The position numbers and the translations under genes were made by a program. The notes under the pieces were generated by a model. It was not told the origin of the DNA. It saw only the letters and a list, made by a program, of their open reading frames with translations, and ran no database searches. From Methanotrichaceae archaeon (lineage in GTDB: Archaea; Halobacteriota; Methanosarcinia; Methanotrichales; Methanotrichaceae), in NCBI GenBank assembly GCA_963813075.1, contig CAWEXU010000013.1, positions 1 through 64,000 on the forward strand: a stretch of DNA of 64,000 nucleotides, given 5' to 3'. Shown here piece after piece: positions 25,268 through 37,236 of the stretch. The first letter of the stretch is position 1. The number at the start of each line of letters is the position of its first letter.

Positions 25268-26362
25268 CCACCTCCAGCCGGAAGCTCGATCACATCAGAA
25301 TCTGCCTGGACCATCCGGTGGAACCTGAGGAAGCGGTGGCCAGGCCCTTTGACGACCTGGTGCTGGTCCATAAGGCTCTGCCGGAGATCAATGAATCTGA
25401 TATCGATACCTCCTGCCGGTTCCTGGGGAAAAAGCTGTCCGCGCCGCTCATGATCAGCGCCATGACCGGAGGCCACCCCAGCGTCAAAGAGATCAATGTG
25501 AATCTGGCTATGGCGGCATCTGAGCTGGGCATCGCCATGGGGGTGGGCTCGCAGAGAGCGGCTTTAGAGGACGGGAGCCTGAAAGATACCTTCTCTGCGG
25601 TCCGGGATGCAGCTCCTGATATTCCGATCGTCGGAAACATCGGTGCGGTGCAGCTGAAGCGGTCTGGACCCGGAATCTTAGACCAGCTGGCGGAGATGAT
25701 AGATGCCGATGCCATAGCCGTTCATCTGAACTTCCTCCAGGAGAGCATTCAGCCGGAGGGGGATCTGAGATGCCTCCGGGGTGGTCCAGGTGTTAAGAGA
25801 GGCAGCAAATGGGTCGGTGCCCATAATCGTCAAAGAGACGGGAGCGGGCATATCCAGGGAGACGGCCACCAGTCTTGCAGATGCGGGGATCAGGATAATA
25901 GATGTCTCCGGTCAGGGGGGCCTCTCCTGGGCCGGGGTTGAGACCTACCGGGCGGCTGAGGTCGGCGACGATGAGCTGGAGGAGATGGGACGATTGTTTT
26001 GGAGCTGGGGAATTCCCACTCCCGTGAGCATCGTCGAGTGCCGGTCTGCGGGCCTGGATGTCATCTCCTCTGGTGGTATCAGGAACGGGCTGGATGTGGC
26101 TAAAAGCCTATCCCTGGGGGCGAGCCTTGCCGGAACTGCCCTTCCCATGCTCAAGCCGGCAACAAAAGATGCTAAATCCGTGGTCCGGGCCATGAGCCCA
26201 TATCTGCGTGCTTTAAGGATCTGTATGTTCCTTACCGGCTGCAGAAGGGCGGGGGAGCTAAAACGAGTCCCTCTTGTGGTTCTAGGAAGGACCAGAGAAT
26301 GGCTAGGGGCACGGGGTTATGATTTGAATGAGTTTTCTGCTTATAGAGAGTTGATAAAATGA
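25264..26362 (+). CDS. fni: Type 2 isopentenyl-diphosphate isomerase (frameshift near 25770)
   Basis: RKLDHI, SAMTGG, GVGSQRA, HLNFLQESIQPEGD, VKETGAG, SGGIRNGLD. Confidence 0.92.
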
Positions 26363-27696
26363 AGGATATTGCGATAATCGCCGTCGGCGGCTACAATGAG
26401 ATTGGCCGCAACATGACGGCGATAAAGATAGGAAAAGATATTGTAGTAATGGATATGGGGATCAGGCTGGATCGGGTGCAGATTCATGAGGATACCGATG
26501 TGGAATCCATGCGTGCCGCGGACCTGATCAACATAGGCGCCATTCCCGATGACAGCATAATGGAGAACGTTGATGGAAAGGTCAGGGCTATCGCCTGCAC
26601 TCATGGCCACCTCGATCATATCGGAGCCATATCCAAGCTGGCCCACAAGTACCATGCTCCGATCATCGCCTCGCCGTTTACGGCTGACCTGATAAATCAG
26701 GAGATCAAGTCGGAGAAGATATTCGGGGTGAACAATCCTCTGAGGACCATGAACGCTGGAGAGCGATTTCAGGTCACGCCGGATATCGAGCTGGAGTTCG
26801 TGCGGGTGCAGCACAGCATTGTGGACTGCGTGTTTGCCGCCATTCACACTCCCAAAGGGGTCATACTGTATGCCAATGACTTCAAGATCGACCGCTCGCC
26901 GACATTGGGCGAGCCGCCAGACTTTGCCCGGCTGAGGGCTTTGGGAAAGGAGGGGGTGCTGGCTCTGATCACCGAGACCACCAATGCCTCCATCACCGGA
27001 AAGACGCCTTCGGAGAAGATCGCCAGGGAAATGGTGATGGACGTTCTCATCGGCACAGAGGAGTCCAGGTCCGGGGTTGTGGTCACCACCTTCTCTTCGC
27101 ATATCGCCCGGATCAGAGCGATAATCGAGGCTGCCCATAAGATGGGGAGAAAACCGATTCTCCTGGGCCGGTCCATGGAGAAGTACTGGGGGACGGCTGT
27201 GCGGACCGGTTATGCCCAGCAGGGTGAGGTTTCCGTCTTTGGAAGGAGAAAGTCGGTGGACAAAGCCCTGAAGAGGATCATGAACGAGGGCAAGGACAAG
27301 TATCTGCCCATCATGACCGGACATCAGGGAGAGCCGGGAGCGATATTGAGCCGGGTGGCCAATGGAGAGACCGACTTTCTGGTGGAGTCCGGAGATCGAG
27401 TGATCTTCTCCGCGGGAATCATTCCCCAGCCTCTGAACGAATCCAACCGCCATACCACGGTCACCAAGCTGAAGATGAGGGGAGGCAGAATCTACGATAA
27501 TGTGCATGTCTCCGGGCATGCCTGCCAGGAGGATCACTGGGAGCTGTTGCGGATGATCAATCCGGAGCACGTCATACCAAGCCACGGGACGCTGAGGAGT
27601 CATGGCAGCTATCTGATGATGGCTGAGGAGACGGGCTACTCTCTGGGGTCCAATATCCATCTGGTCAGGAACGGCCAGGAGCTGCTCATCGACTGA
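26359..27696 (+). CDS. rnj: Archaeal ribonuclease J (beta-CASP)
   Basis: GGYNEIGRNM, THGHLDHIG, HVSGHA. Confidence 0.92.
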   Translation: MKDIAIIAVGGYNEIGRNMTAIKIGKDIVVMDMGIRLDRVQIHEDTDVESMRAADLINIGAIPDDSIMENVDGKVRAIACTHGHLDHIGAISKLAHKYHAPIIASPFTADLINQEIKSEKIFGVNNPLRTMNAGERFQVTPDIELEFVRVQHSIVDCVFAAIHTPKGVILYANDFKIDRSPTLGEPPDFARLRALGKEGVLALITETTNASITGKTPSEKIAREMVMDVLIGTEESRSGVVVTTFSSHIARIRAIIEAAHKMGRKPILLGRSMEKYWGTAVRTGYAQQGEVSVFGRRKSVDKALKRIMNEGKDKYLPIMTGHQGEPGAILSRVANGETDFLVESGDRVIFSAGIIPQPLNESNRHTTVTKLKMRGGRIYDNVHVSGHACQEDHWELLRMINPEHVIPSHGTLRSHGSYLMMAEETGYSLGSNIHLVRNGQELLID

Positions 27697-27764
27697 GATG
27701 CCGATTTGAGATTGTGGCAAAGACCATAATCTTACTTTAAATAGAATCAGGGGTTAGGGAGGTT

Positions 27765-28737
27765 GTGAGAAGGATGATGGAGGAAGAGCTGGAGGATCGT
27801 GCGGCTCTGGTGACGGCAACCATTGAGGAGCTGCTGCCGGTGATGCATCCGCGCGGCCTGTATGAGGCGAGCCGGCACCTGGTGGACTCCGGCGGGAAGA
27901 GGTTGAGGCCATCGATGCTGCTCCTTGCGGCTGAGGCTGCGGGAGGAGAGCCTACCGCCCTGGCTCCGGCGGCGGTATCCATCGAATTGGTCCATAACTT
28001 CACTCTCATTCATGATGACATCATGGACAATGCCGATGTGCGCCGGGGGCGGTCTGCAGTGCACAAGATCTGGGGGCAGTCGGGAGCGATTCTGGCTGGC
28101 GATACCCTGTACTCGAAGGCCTTTCAGGTTTTGGGGATGACTGCGGCCCAGCCCGGAGAGGATCCTGGGGGCGATGAATATGCTCTCTCGGACCTGCACG
28201 GCGATATGCGAGGGCCAGTGGCTGGATATGGAGTTCGAGTCACGGGAGCGGGTGACTGAGAAGGAGTACATGGAGATGATCGAGAAGAAGACCGGTGTTC
28301 TCTATGGCGCTTCTGCCGGGATGGGGGCACTCTTAGCCGGGGCATCGCCCGAGGTCGTCCGGGCGATGGACGAGTTCGGCCGGCTGACGGGGATGGGATT
28401 TCAGCTCCAGGATGATGTCATCGATCTCTTGACCCCGGAGAAGGTTTCGGGAAAGAGGCAGGGGGGAGACCTGATCGAGGGGAAGAAGACATTGATCATG
28501 ATCCATGCCTTTGCCAATGACGTTGTGGTGCCGGTCTTCGGCAAGAAGGACGCCTCGGCAGAGGAGATCTCCCGGTCGATCTCGATTCTCCAGGAGAGCG
28601 GATCGATTGAGTATGCCAGATCCCGGGCAGAGGAGATGGTGCTCCGGGGCAAGAGGGCTTTAGATGTTCTGCCTCCCTCACCGGCCAAAGAGACGATGCT
28701 CCAGTTGGCCGACTACATGATCCGGAGAAGGTATTAG
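27765..28737 (+). CDS. idsA: Geranylgeranyl diphosphate synthase (frameshift near 28155)
   Basis: GGKRLRP, HDDIMD..RRG, FQLQDDVID, DLIEGKKT. Confidence 0.9.
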
Positions 28738-28785
28738 AGGGAAAAGAATTTGTGGACGTAGTGCAATATAGATCCCTGTGATCAT

Positions 28786-28977
28786 ATGTCAACGGTCGGA
28801 ATAGACGGGGATTACCTTTACGGCCTGGATATGCCTGGGGCAGATGGATATTTCCTGGCCATCAAGGTCATCATCGTCCTATTTGTGCTCCTGGTTGCGG
28901 CTGTGGATGCTCTATCCACGATACCGGTCCTGCAGGTAGGCTTATCTGGGGTAGAACCGGCGGATTCAGGATGGTAA
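28786..28977 (+). CDS. Small hypothetical membrane protein
   Basis: 63-aa ORF with one hydrophobic segment. Confidence 0.3.
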   Translation: MSTVGIDGDYLYGLDMPGADGYFLAIKVIIVLFVLLVAAVDALSTIPVLQVGLSGVEPADSGW

Positions 28978-29094
28978 TTGGAGCCTTGGACGGGCATGGG
29001 CCACGTCAAGATGAGCCAGGCCAGGCGTTCTTTTTCTCCTGCCAGGCTGATCATTTCCGTCCGGGAGCTTCATTTCTTCTTGGAATATATTAAG

Positions 29095-29370
29095 GCAAGA
29101 ATTCTCCCGGCGGGCCCAGGTTAAAGTTTGAATTTGAACTGCTTTTGTAAGGATCTAAGGATATCGGTTTTGAGATCTAAGGATATCGGATATGATGTTT
29201 TCCTGAATCCAGGCTGTTCATCAAGGTTAATTCAGATACACACAGACTATCTTTTTTAGTGGGCGCCGCGAGTCGGGCCTTCGGGCCTCCCGCGCTATGC
29301 TCTGGTCCCCTCAACGCCGGGGTGGCTTGGATACAAACGAGGCAAGCCGTTGAAGGGTTGGGATGTGATA
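29095..29370 (-). repeat. Dispersed structured repeat, copy A (inverted relative to B-F)
   Basis: Reverse complement shares CAACGGC-GCCTCG-TTGTATCCAAGCCACCCCGGCGTTGAGGGGACCAG and GGCCCGCC-GAATT with 43801-44046. Confidence 0.85.
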
Positions 29371-29873
29371 ATGCGAATACTCTTTTGATGCGAATCCATT
29401 AACTGCCTATCCTCATCCCCCAAGCGTTGAGGTGCACAGAGGTATTTTTGCAGGATCAGTAACTGTCGGACTCAGCTGCGCAGAAATGATCCCGAGCCCT
29501 CATCAGCGGTGCAAGAGAGCCTGGACAAGCTCTCCCGGGATGCGAAGAAGGCGTCAAGTGCGGAGAAGCTCCTTGGAATCGAGGGGGCGGCGGCAGATCT
29601 TTACTTTGGCCGGCTGGATCACCTCCTCAAGGGGGATGAGGAGTTCTCCTTCCAGAGCAGGAACAGGCGTCCGCCAAAGGACCCGGTCAACGCTGTGCTC
29701 TCGTATCTATATGCCGTCCTGGCGAAAGAGATGTTTGTGACCCTGCTGGCGGTGGGCTTTGATCCGTATCTTGGGATTCTACCACCGGCCGAGGTACGGC
29801 CGGCCGGCACTGGCGCTGGACATGATGGAGGAGTTCAGGCCACTGATAGCGGACTCGACTGCAATTACGCTGT

Positions 29874-31253
29874 GTGAACTACCGCGTCCTGAAGGGCGCG
29901 GCTTCCCACGTCATCGCCAAAACTTGCATCACTGATATGTGGTGTAGTGGTTTTGGTTCTATGGACGCTGTGGGCTGTTCCATCCCTGCGAAGAGTATGT
30001 TCCTGGAAGCATTTTAGTCTCGATTCCGAGATTACACGAGAACCCACAATAAGGGCACTCATGTGCTCGTATCGACAGATCTTTCTTTACGATGCATCCA
30101 CAAACGGAACACCTTTGAGTCGTGTTCCTGGGATCTACTTTTATCAGCTTTCGACCAGCACTTTGAGCCTTGTACGAGAGCATGAATATGAACTTTGACC
30201 AGGATGCATCATGAATGCTGCGATGCATACTATTATTATGGCCTTTCTCGATTAGACCTTTGACATCAAGATCCTCGACGCAAATGATATCGAAGTTATT
30301 GACATACATCCGGGAGAGCTTATGCAGGAAATCATCTCGTTGGCAGTTGATTCTCCTATGCAATTTGGCAATCTTATCCTTGATCGCTCTATAATTATTC
30401 GATCCCCGCACCGCTCTGGCCAGCCTTCTTTGCAGTCTAGCAAGCTTATCGTGAGATTGTTCTGCACATCTCGGATTCTCTATCTCATTGCCTTCAGAAT
30501 CAACCACGAAGGAGGTCAGACCGACATCCAGACCTACTGCTTCTTCAGTTTCTGGTAACGGCTGTGGTTCCTGATCTGCCTGGACTATGGCGAACCATCT
30601 CTCGCCTTCTCTCTTGATTATGACGGCTTTGATACAACCTTCGATCTTTCGATAAATCTTGATCCGCATTTCTCCGATCTTAGAGAGATGTAATATATTA
30701 TGATCTTGATCGATTTTGAAGCCTGATTGGTTGTAATTTAGGGTATTATACCAACCATATCCCTTGAATCTGATATGACCAATCTTCCGACCGTACTTCT
30801 TAGATGCAAAGAGGCCTTTGATGTTAGACCAAAGAGTGTAATTCACCATCTGAAGAACCTTGGAATAGACTTGGTTGAGTTTTGGATTCTCAAGCTTCAG
30901 AGAAGGAATCATATTCTGAGTATCATAGGTCTTGAGCTTGATGCCTTTTTCTTTTGCTTCGTTCAGGTCTTGGAGAAGCCGATTATAGAGCCATCTACAA
31001 GCATCTAAATTCTCCGCTAACTTCCATTGAGTGATCTTGGTCGGGAATATGGGGTACTTGTAGCTGATCATCAAACGAATACAGTAATGCATACCTAATA
31101 CTTATATTAGCTGAGGACGACGTGAAAGTAATCATGGCAAAGGACTCCGCTTTCATCCTGTTGCGACTGCGTCGCAACTCCCCCGGACTCGCAGTCCGGG
31201 AGACCACCCTGAAGGATGGGGACTTCCCGCTCTGTCCTTCGCAATCCTAGAAG
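29874..31253 (-). mobile_element. IS200/IS605-family (IS1341-type, tnpB only) element
   Basis: Right end ...GTAGTTCAC with hairpin CCGCGTCC-TGAA-GGGCGCGG; related CCCTGAAGGATGGGGACTTCCC motif at left end; removal restores cas1 frame (CTG T|TT AAC); no target duplication. Confidence 0.85.
29959..31071 (-). CDS. tnpB: RNA-guided endonuclease TnpB
   Basis: SYKYPIFPT HTH start, VGLDVGL, ICVEDL, TTQRCSVCG..CPYCG zinc finger; final RD-NASRNI motif lies in a shifted frame. Confidence 0.92.
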   Translation of the reverse strand: MISYKYPIFPTKITQWKLAENLDACRWLYNRLLQDLNEAKEKGIKLKTYDTQNMIPSLKLENPKLNQVYSKVLQMVNYTLWSNIKGLFASKKYGRKIGHIRFKGYGWYNTLNYNQSGFKIDQDHNILHLSKIGEMRIKIYRKIEGCIKAVIIKREGERWFAIVQADQEPQPLPETEEAVGLDVGLTSFVVDSEGNEIENPRCAEQSHDKLARLQRRLARAVRGSNNYRAIKDKIAKLHRRINCQRDDFLHKLSRMYVNNFDIICVEDLDVKGLIEKGHNNSMHRSIHDASWSKFIFMLSYKAQSAGRKLIKVDPRNTTQRCSVCGCIVKKDLSIRAHECPYCGFSCNLGIETKMLPGTYSSQGWNSPQRP

Positions 31254-31492
31254 TTAACAAAAGAGAGCTGAATGAAAAGGACTTTATCAGGACGGGGCTG
31301 GGCATCTCCCTCACCTCGAAGGCCAAGAAGACGGTTATTGGAGGCTATGAAAGGCAAATGGAGGTTGAGATCACTCATCCTATCTTCGGCTACGCTGTCA
31401 GCTACCGGCGGATATTTGAGATTCAGGCGCAGACTTCTCTCCAGAGTGCTCTTTGGCGAGATAAAGGAGTATCCTGCGTTCAGCAGGAGGTG

Positions 31493-31834
31493 ATGTATTT
31501 GTCTGGACGGAACTGTTATGTGGTAAGCTATGATATCATGGACCCAAAAAGGCTGCAAAGGGTGCATAAGACCATGAAAGGCTTTGGTGAGCCTATCCAC
31601 TATTCCGTTTTTCGCTGCGATCTACGCCCAAAAGGCCGGGTGGAATTGGTGGCGGCCCTGACGGATCTCATCAAGCACGACCAGGACCGGATCATGATCG
31701 TTGATCTGGGACCGGCTGACGGCGGTGCGATGGAGAGGATTGAGTTCATCGGAGTTAGGGCGGAAGAATCCTCGCGCAAAGGCGGTCATAGTCTGATGTC
31801 ATCAAATCATAATAATCGCTATCTATCGATGTGA
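31493..31834 (+). CDS. cas2: CRISPR-associated Cas2 (true stop probably 31796)
   Basis: YVVSYDIMDPKRLQRV..FGEPIHYSVFRCDL..DRIMIVDLG. Confidence 0.9.
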   Translation: MYLSGRNCYVVSYDIMDPKRLQRVHKTMKGFGEPIHYSVFRCDLRPKGRVELVAALTDLIKHDQDRIMIVDLGPADGGAMERIEFIGVRAEESSRKGGHSLMSSNHNNRYLSM

Positions 31835-31839
31835 TAGCC

Positions 31840-32206
31840 TCATGGCAGGACCTGAGATCGCATCCCCAGGCTGCCAGATCTATGCCACTTTGGATTGAAG
31901 CACAATCAATAAATATACCCAGGGAAAATTGAAGGATTGTAGGCATCTGGCAAGCAGGCACCCTATTGCATAGGGCCATTCGCTCCAGACGGATGGGCAA
32001 AAATATAACTGTTTTTATCAATATTTCGATGCAAATTTCGCACGTCGATGTGGTGTCCAAAACCCTGGGAGATGCGCGAAAAGCCATTGCATATCGAAAA
32101 TCGCTTCGAACAGAGCCCAACTTTCTGAAAGTATTCATCAAAGTTGACGGTATGTGCGAAAATCGGCTTTTTTTCGATAGCAGTAAAGGCCGAAAAACGG
32201 CCGCTC
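31840..32206 (+). promoter_or_regulatory. CRISPR leader
   Basis: Non-coding region between cas2 and first repeat; variant repeats lie at the far end of the array. Confidence 0.6.
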
Positions 32207-33429
32207 GTATCCATGTCTGAAAAGACGTGGCCCAATTGAAACTTCAAATGCTGAAACGACCGTGAAGAATGATCGATGCATATCCATGTCTGAAAAGACG
32301 TGGCCCAATTGAAACTTAAATGGCATGCTCCCCAGCGTTTGCGATGCCTGTTCCTTTCCATGTCTGAAAAGACGTGGCCCAATTGAAACGCTATTGCACC
32401 GTGAGCGTTCTGTGACATCGCATTCCATTTCCATGTCTGAAAAGACGTGGCCCAATTGAAACAAGTCAGCATATTGCGCTGTCCATTCTAATTGATTGTC
32501 AACTTTCCATGTCTGAAAAGACGTGGCCCAATTGAAACGATCTACGACGATTACAATGTCCAGTCTAACTTGACATCTATCCATGTCTGAAAAGACGTGG
32601 CCCAATTGAAACACGCATCTCGATCTAGCGCAGCTCTCGAAATAGCTCATGACACTATCCATGTCTGAAAAGACGTGGCCCAATTGAAACGGCGCTAGCC
32701 AGCGCTAAGTCACCTCATCCAAATCCACTATCCATGTCTGAAAAGACGTGGCCCAATTGAAACCTAAGTTGCACACGATAGTTCAGATTTCGCAGACCCT
32801 ATTTCCATGTCTGAAAAGACGTGGCCCAATTGAAACCGTGACATCGTTACTAATAGCCTCAGACGTGTCCTCATCTATCCATGTCTGAAAAGACGTGGCC
32901 CAATTGAAACATGTATCATTGACAGCTATATCAGATTGCTTCACCAGCATCTATCCATGTCTGAAAAGACGTGGCCCAATTGAAACCTTCACTATCGGCG
33001 TTTCACAATCGTGATTCCGACTATCCATGTCTGAAAAGACGTGGCCCAATTGAAACTGTGGCAACTGCCACTATACATATGCTGATCCAATCCGAACTAT
33101 CCATGTCTGAAAAGACGTGGCCCAATTGAAACACTTTCCGTTCTACGCGGGCGCGAATCAGTACGATCAGCTATCCATGTCTGAAAAGACGTGGCCCAAT
33201 TGAAACAGACAATGTTTTGTGATTCTGATGATCGAGTGTTTACCTCTATCCATGTCTGAAGAGACGTGGCCCAATTGAAACTGCTACTGGATGTTCATCG
33301 GGATTCGGCCGATTGGGCAAGGATCCATGTCTGGAGAGACGTGGCCCAATTGAAACTGGAGAACGGATCCTTTGCCACGATTCGCAAAGCCAACTATCCA
33401 TGTCTGAAAAGACGTGGCCCAATTGAAAT
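32207..33429 (+). CRISPR. CRISPR array, 17 repeats of 36 bp (CTATCCATGTCTGAAAAGACGTGGCCCAATTGAAAC), 16 spacers of ~34-42 bp
   Basis: Counted directly; hairpin CCATGTCT-GAAA-AGACGTGG; 3' ATTGAAAC. Confidence 0.98.
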
Positions 33430-33514
33430 GCAATGATCCCTCCGACGTATTATATTAGCCCTCCCTAAAATCTATGGGAAACTTATTTATTCATTAAGCT
33501 GTTCTTCGTATTGA

Positions 33515-36010
33515 ATGAACGCAGTCCTTCTGGGCGCCCTGCTCCACGATTTAGGCAAAGTCGGCCAGCGGGCTGGCCTTTCTGGGAATTGCCATGAGAT
33601 CGCCTCATCCCTTCTAAAACCACTCCTTTTGCATGGCATGGAGGATGCAATAGATTTAGAATCAGTGCCTGATGCCGGAGCCATTCTCAACTCGCCGGAA
33701 AATGAATCTGCCAGGGTCCTGATTCTGGCTGATTGGATCTCCTCCGGCAGAAGTGATGATACGCAAGCATTTGAAGCTGCATCTCCTCTGCAATCCCTTT
33801 TTCCTCTTGTAGATATTAAAAAAGGTGATCTTCCTGGATCTGCTTTTTACTCACCCAAATCTCTGAGCATTTCCCGTGAGGTGATTTTCCCATCTGACGA
33901 AATGCAGGATATCGCCAAAGCCTACAACCGTTTATGGAATTGCCTGATAAAAGATCTCGCTCTCGTCCAAAGAATCGAGAGATCACAGGCCTTATACTAC
34001 TACTCTGCTCTATCTGCTAAAGCGGCACACCTGGGCCGTTCCCTTTGCGGTCACCAGGGCTGCAGGATATTTCCCTCTATGACCATTCCAGAATTACCTG
34101 CGCTATCGCCGCTTGTTTGATGAAAGAAGATGTGATGATGAAGTCTCACAGGACGATGCTCTCGGAAACGGCTGGAAAGGAGAGATTCCTCCTGGTGGCA
34201 GGCGATGTCTCTGGCATTCAGGACTTTCTTTACACCATCACCTCCAAAGGAGCGGCCAAGGGACTTCGAGGACGCTCCCTCTATCTTCAGCTCCTCTCCG
34301 AGGCCGCAGCCAAGTTTATGCTGCGGGAATTGGGCTATCCTCCGGCTAATCTTATCTATTCCGGCGGCGGCCACTTTTACCTCCTCATAAGCTCTGCTGA
34401 CGAAAAACGACTGCAAGATCTAAAGCTGACACTGGAAAGAGCCCTTCTCAAAATGCATCATGGCGACATGTTTCTGGCCCTAGGCTGGACCAAGATGACC
34501 GCCCGTGATCTGCAGGGAACCTCGGATGGATACACTGTCTGGTCTCTCTACTAAATGGGGCAAAGCCATGAACTCCGGCAGGCATATCCAAGCTGCAACG
34601 ATTCTCCTTGCTGGGTTCGGAGGCCTACCAGGAAATTTTCGGCCTGAATCCTGATGAAAAAGGTGGCAAGCGCTCCCGTCTGCGATGTCTGCAAGCGAGA
34701 GGGAGACTTTGTGGTATCGAGCTGAAGGGGGCTGGTACCGATGGCATTCACCCAACCCGGAGAAGGCCTTCTGCGATCATTGCAAAACCTTCGAGAAAAT
34801 GGGCGAGCGGCTGCCTAAGACGAGAGTATCTGATTGAGGTCCAGGGAGGCCGGAAGGATGATCCTCTGGAAAAACGCCATCTTTGCACCTTCGAGCCCTT
34901 TGGAATTGAATACTACTATTACAGCCGGAACAAGGATGACCTTGATCACCTCATGAAAAACTTCCACGAATCAGAGGTTGACAGTCTATTCCCTGGGGCC
35001 GGACAATTTTATCGACGAAAAGCTAGCTAAGATTGCCGCCGAGAATCACGCCGCTCTCGGATTTCGCCTCATTGCCAGGACCACCCCAAAGACTGGCAGA
35101 TGGGACGATTGCCGACCTGAGCGAGCTTGCCGAACGCTGCTGCGGCGTTCCCAGAATCGGCATTCTTCGCATGGATGTCGACAATTTAGGATTGGTCTTC
35201 TCCGAAGGTCTGGGAAAGAATGCCACGCTCTCGCGCATCTCTACCTTGAGCACTATGCTCTCCATCTTCTTCGACGGATGGATAGATAGGATCTGTCAGG
35301 AATGGCCAGATAAGGCATATCTTGATCTACTCAGGAGGCGATGATCTCTTCATTATCGGTTCATGGGATGTGATTCCGGAGATTGCCATGCGCATCAGAG
35401 AGGACTTCAGGGTTTTCACCTGCAATAACCCCAACTTTTCTTTGTCTGGAGGGATTACAATTGCTGATGAGAAGTATCCTCTTTACAAGTCGGCAGAATC
35501 AGCCAAGAAGGCATTGGACGATGCCAAGTCCAGAGAGAAATATGGTGTGGTGGAGAAGGATGCAATTTCATTCTTAAAAGAGACCATGGACTGGACTGAG
35601 ATGCGCATCTCCTAGTGAAATTGCTGACCTACTTAAATTGTGTTTGAAAGTTGAGCGAAAGGGCAAAACACTACCCAGATCGGTCCTCTGGAATCTTTAC
35701 TCTGCCTGGGATCTATATTGGAAAAAAAGAGACCTTCTGAAGAAAAGGATGCTTTCTCAAGAAGATGTTGAACGTTTAGCCCTCCACGACAGGTGGCGTT
35801 GGAGATTGATTTACTTCTTGGACCGGGCAGGAGGCAGGAGCAAGGGATTCGAGAGAGGATCTTGCCGAGATTAAGATCGCCATCTTGAAGAACGAATGGA
35901 AGGGGACTATCAGCCAGAGGGATTTGATCGAATACTTGGGAGTGCCGGCCAGGTGGGCCGAGCTGCTCACCAGAGAGGTAAGTCATGAATCAAAGCGGAA
36001 GAAGGGATGA
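33515..36010 (+). CDS. cas10: Cas10/Csm1 (multiple frameshifts)
   Basis: LLHDLGK HD motif, SLYDHSR, GDVSGIQDFLY, KGLRGRS, LRMDVDNLG, YSGGDD palm motif. Confidence 0.9.
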
Positions 36011-36396
36011 GGAAAGGCAGCAAAGGGCCAGCATCGAGGATGAGGTTTCAAGCCATATCTCTAAGGTCGGCTCCTTTAAGGAATACACCGGGGATCTTCT
36101 AGTGAAGAGACGCAGAGAACCTCGCCGGATCGATCCAGGATCTTAAGACCGCTCAATTGCGCCGGATCTACGGTGAGGTCAAGAGAATGGAGATGGACTT
36201 CAACAAGGGCGAGGGCTCTTTTTCCAGAGATAGAGTGGTCATGCTCAAGCCTAGGCTTGCTTATGCCGCCAGCAAAAAGCCGGAGGTCATTCGCATCAAG
36301 AATGTATTCTCTAAATGCATCGATAAGATCCAGGGTCCTGAAGACTTCTCTCGATTCGTCAGCTTCTTTGAGGCCATTTTGGCTTACCATAGGTGA
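35985..36396 (+). CDS. csm2: Csm2 small subunit (frameshifted)
   Basis: QLRRIYGEVK, MLKPRLAYAA, FFEAILAYH. Confidence 0.88.
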
Positions 36397-36402
36397 TTAC
36401 AA

Positions 36403-37233
36403 ATGACAAAGCTTTTGGGCAAGATCATCATTGAGGGCAAGATAATCGCTCTTACCGGGCTTCATGTGGGCGGTTCGAGCACGGGCATGGAGATTGGAGG
36501 TGTGGACAGCGTGGTGGTGAGGGATTCCATAACTCGCAGGCCCTACATTCCAGGCTCCTCGCTTAAGGGCAGTCTGAGAAGCCTCATGGAGAGATCCGAA
36601 GACAAATCCATTCAATAACAAAGTTGCAAACTCCTGGATTCACATGTGCAAGGACCTAGCGGACTTTGAAAAGTGCAGCGTCTGCCGGGTTTTTGGTGTC
36701 ACCGCTGACTCCATCAAGACTGCCCGAGTCGACTGAATCTGGCGAGACTGACAATACTATGCCTACCCTTACTCGTCTGATGGTCAGAGATGCCATGATG
36801 ACTGAAGAGACTGCCAAGACACTGGAGAAAGCGGAGACTGATCTTCTCTTTACTGATGTCAAGACCGAAGTGGTCATCGATCGCATCACCTCCCAGGCGA
36901 CGCCTAGGCAGATCGAGCGCGTCCCGGCAGGATCTGAGTTCGGCTTCGGCATGATCTTCAACATCTTCGTGAAGGAGGATTCAAATTTCCTAAAGCATGT
37001 CTTCCAGGCCATGGCACTCTTGGAGGATGACTCTCTGGGTGGTCAGGGATCTCGCGGTTACGGCAAAATAAAATTCGAAATTGAAAACGTGGCCTGGCGT
37101 CCTACAAAATTACTACGCTACAGGCCAGGGCGAGATACCGCATATTAACGCAGATATGAATTCCGTTGCCCTATCCGGGACGAGTTTGCAGACAGATCCA
37201 ACAGCAGATCGATTGCTTGAATCTCGCTGGTGA
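36403..37233 (+). CDS. csm3: Csm3 (frameshifted)
   Basis: TGLHVGG, PYIPGSSLKG, KTEVVIDR, RQIERVPAG, LGGQGSRGYG. Confidence 0.9.
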
Positions 37234-37236
37234 GCC

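Larger units (their letters stand above)
29461..31493 (+). pseudogene. cas1: cas1 (type I-G/I-U-like), 5'-truncated and interrupted by IS
   Basis: [49 protein letters not shown] before the IS; NKRELN...THPIFGYAVSYRRIFEIQA after 31254. Confidence 0.9.

Noticed and set aside
29153..29190. 16-bp direct repeat GATCTAAGGATATCGG as a target-site duplication
   Set aside because: Copies are only a few bases apart inside element A; local slippage is more likely
31100..31160. tnpA remnant in the IS
   Set aside because: Too short, no HUH motif
31963..32683. Minus-strand ORFs with FQLGHVFSDM repeats
   Set aside because: Translations of the CRISPR array
32243..33393. Self-targeting spacers
   Set aside because: No match noticed by eye within the window; a BLASTN search is needed
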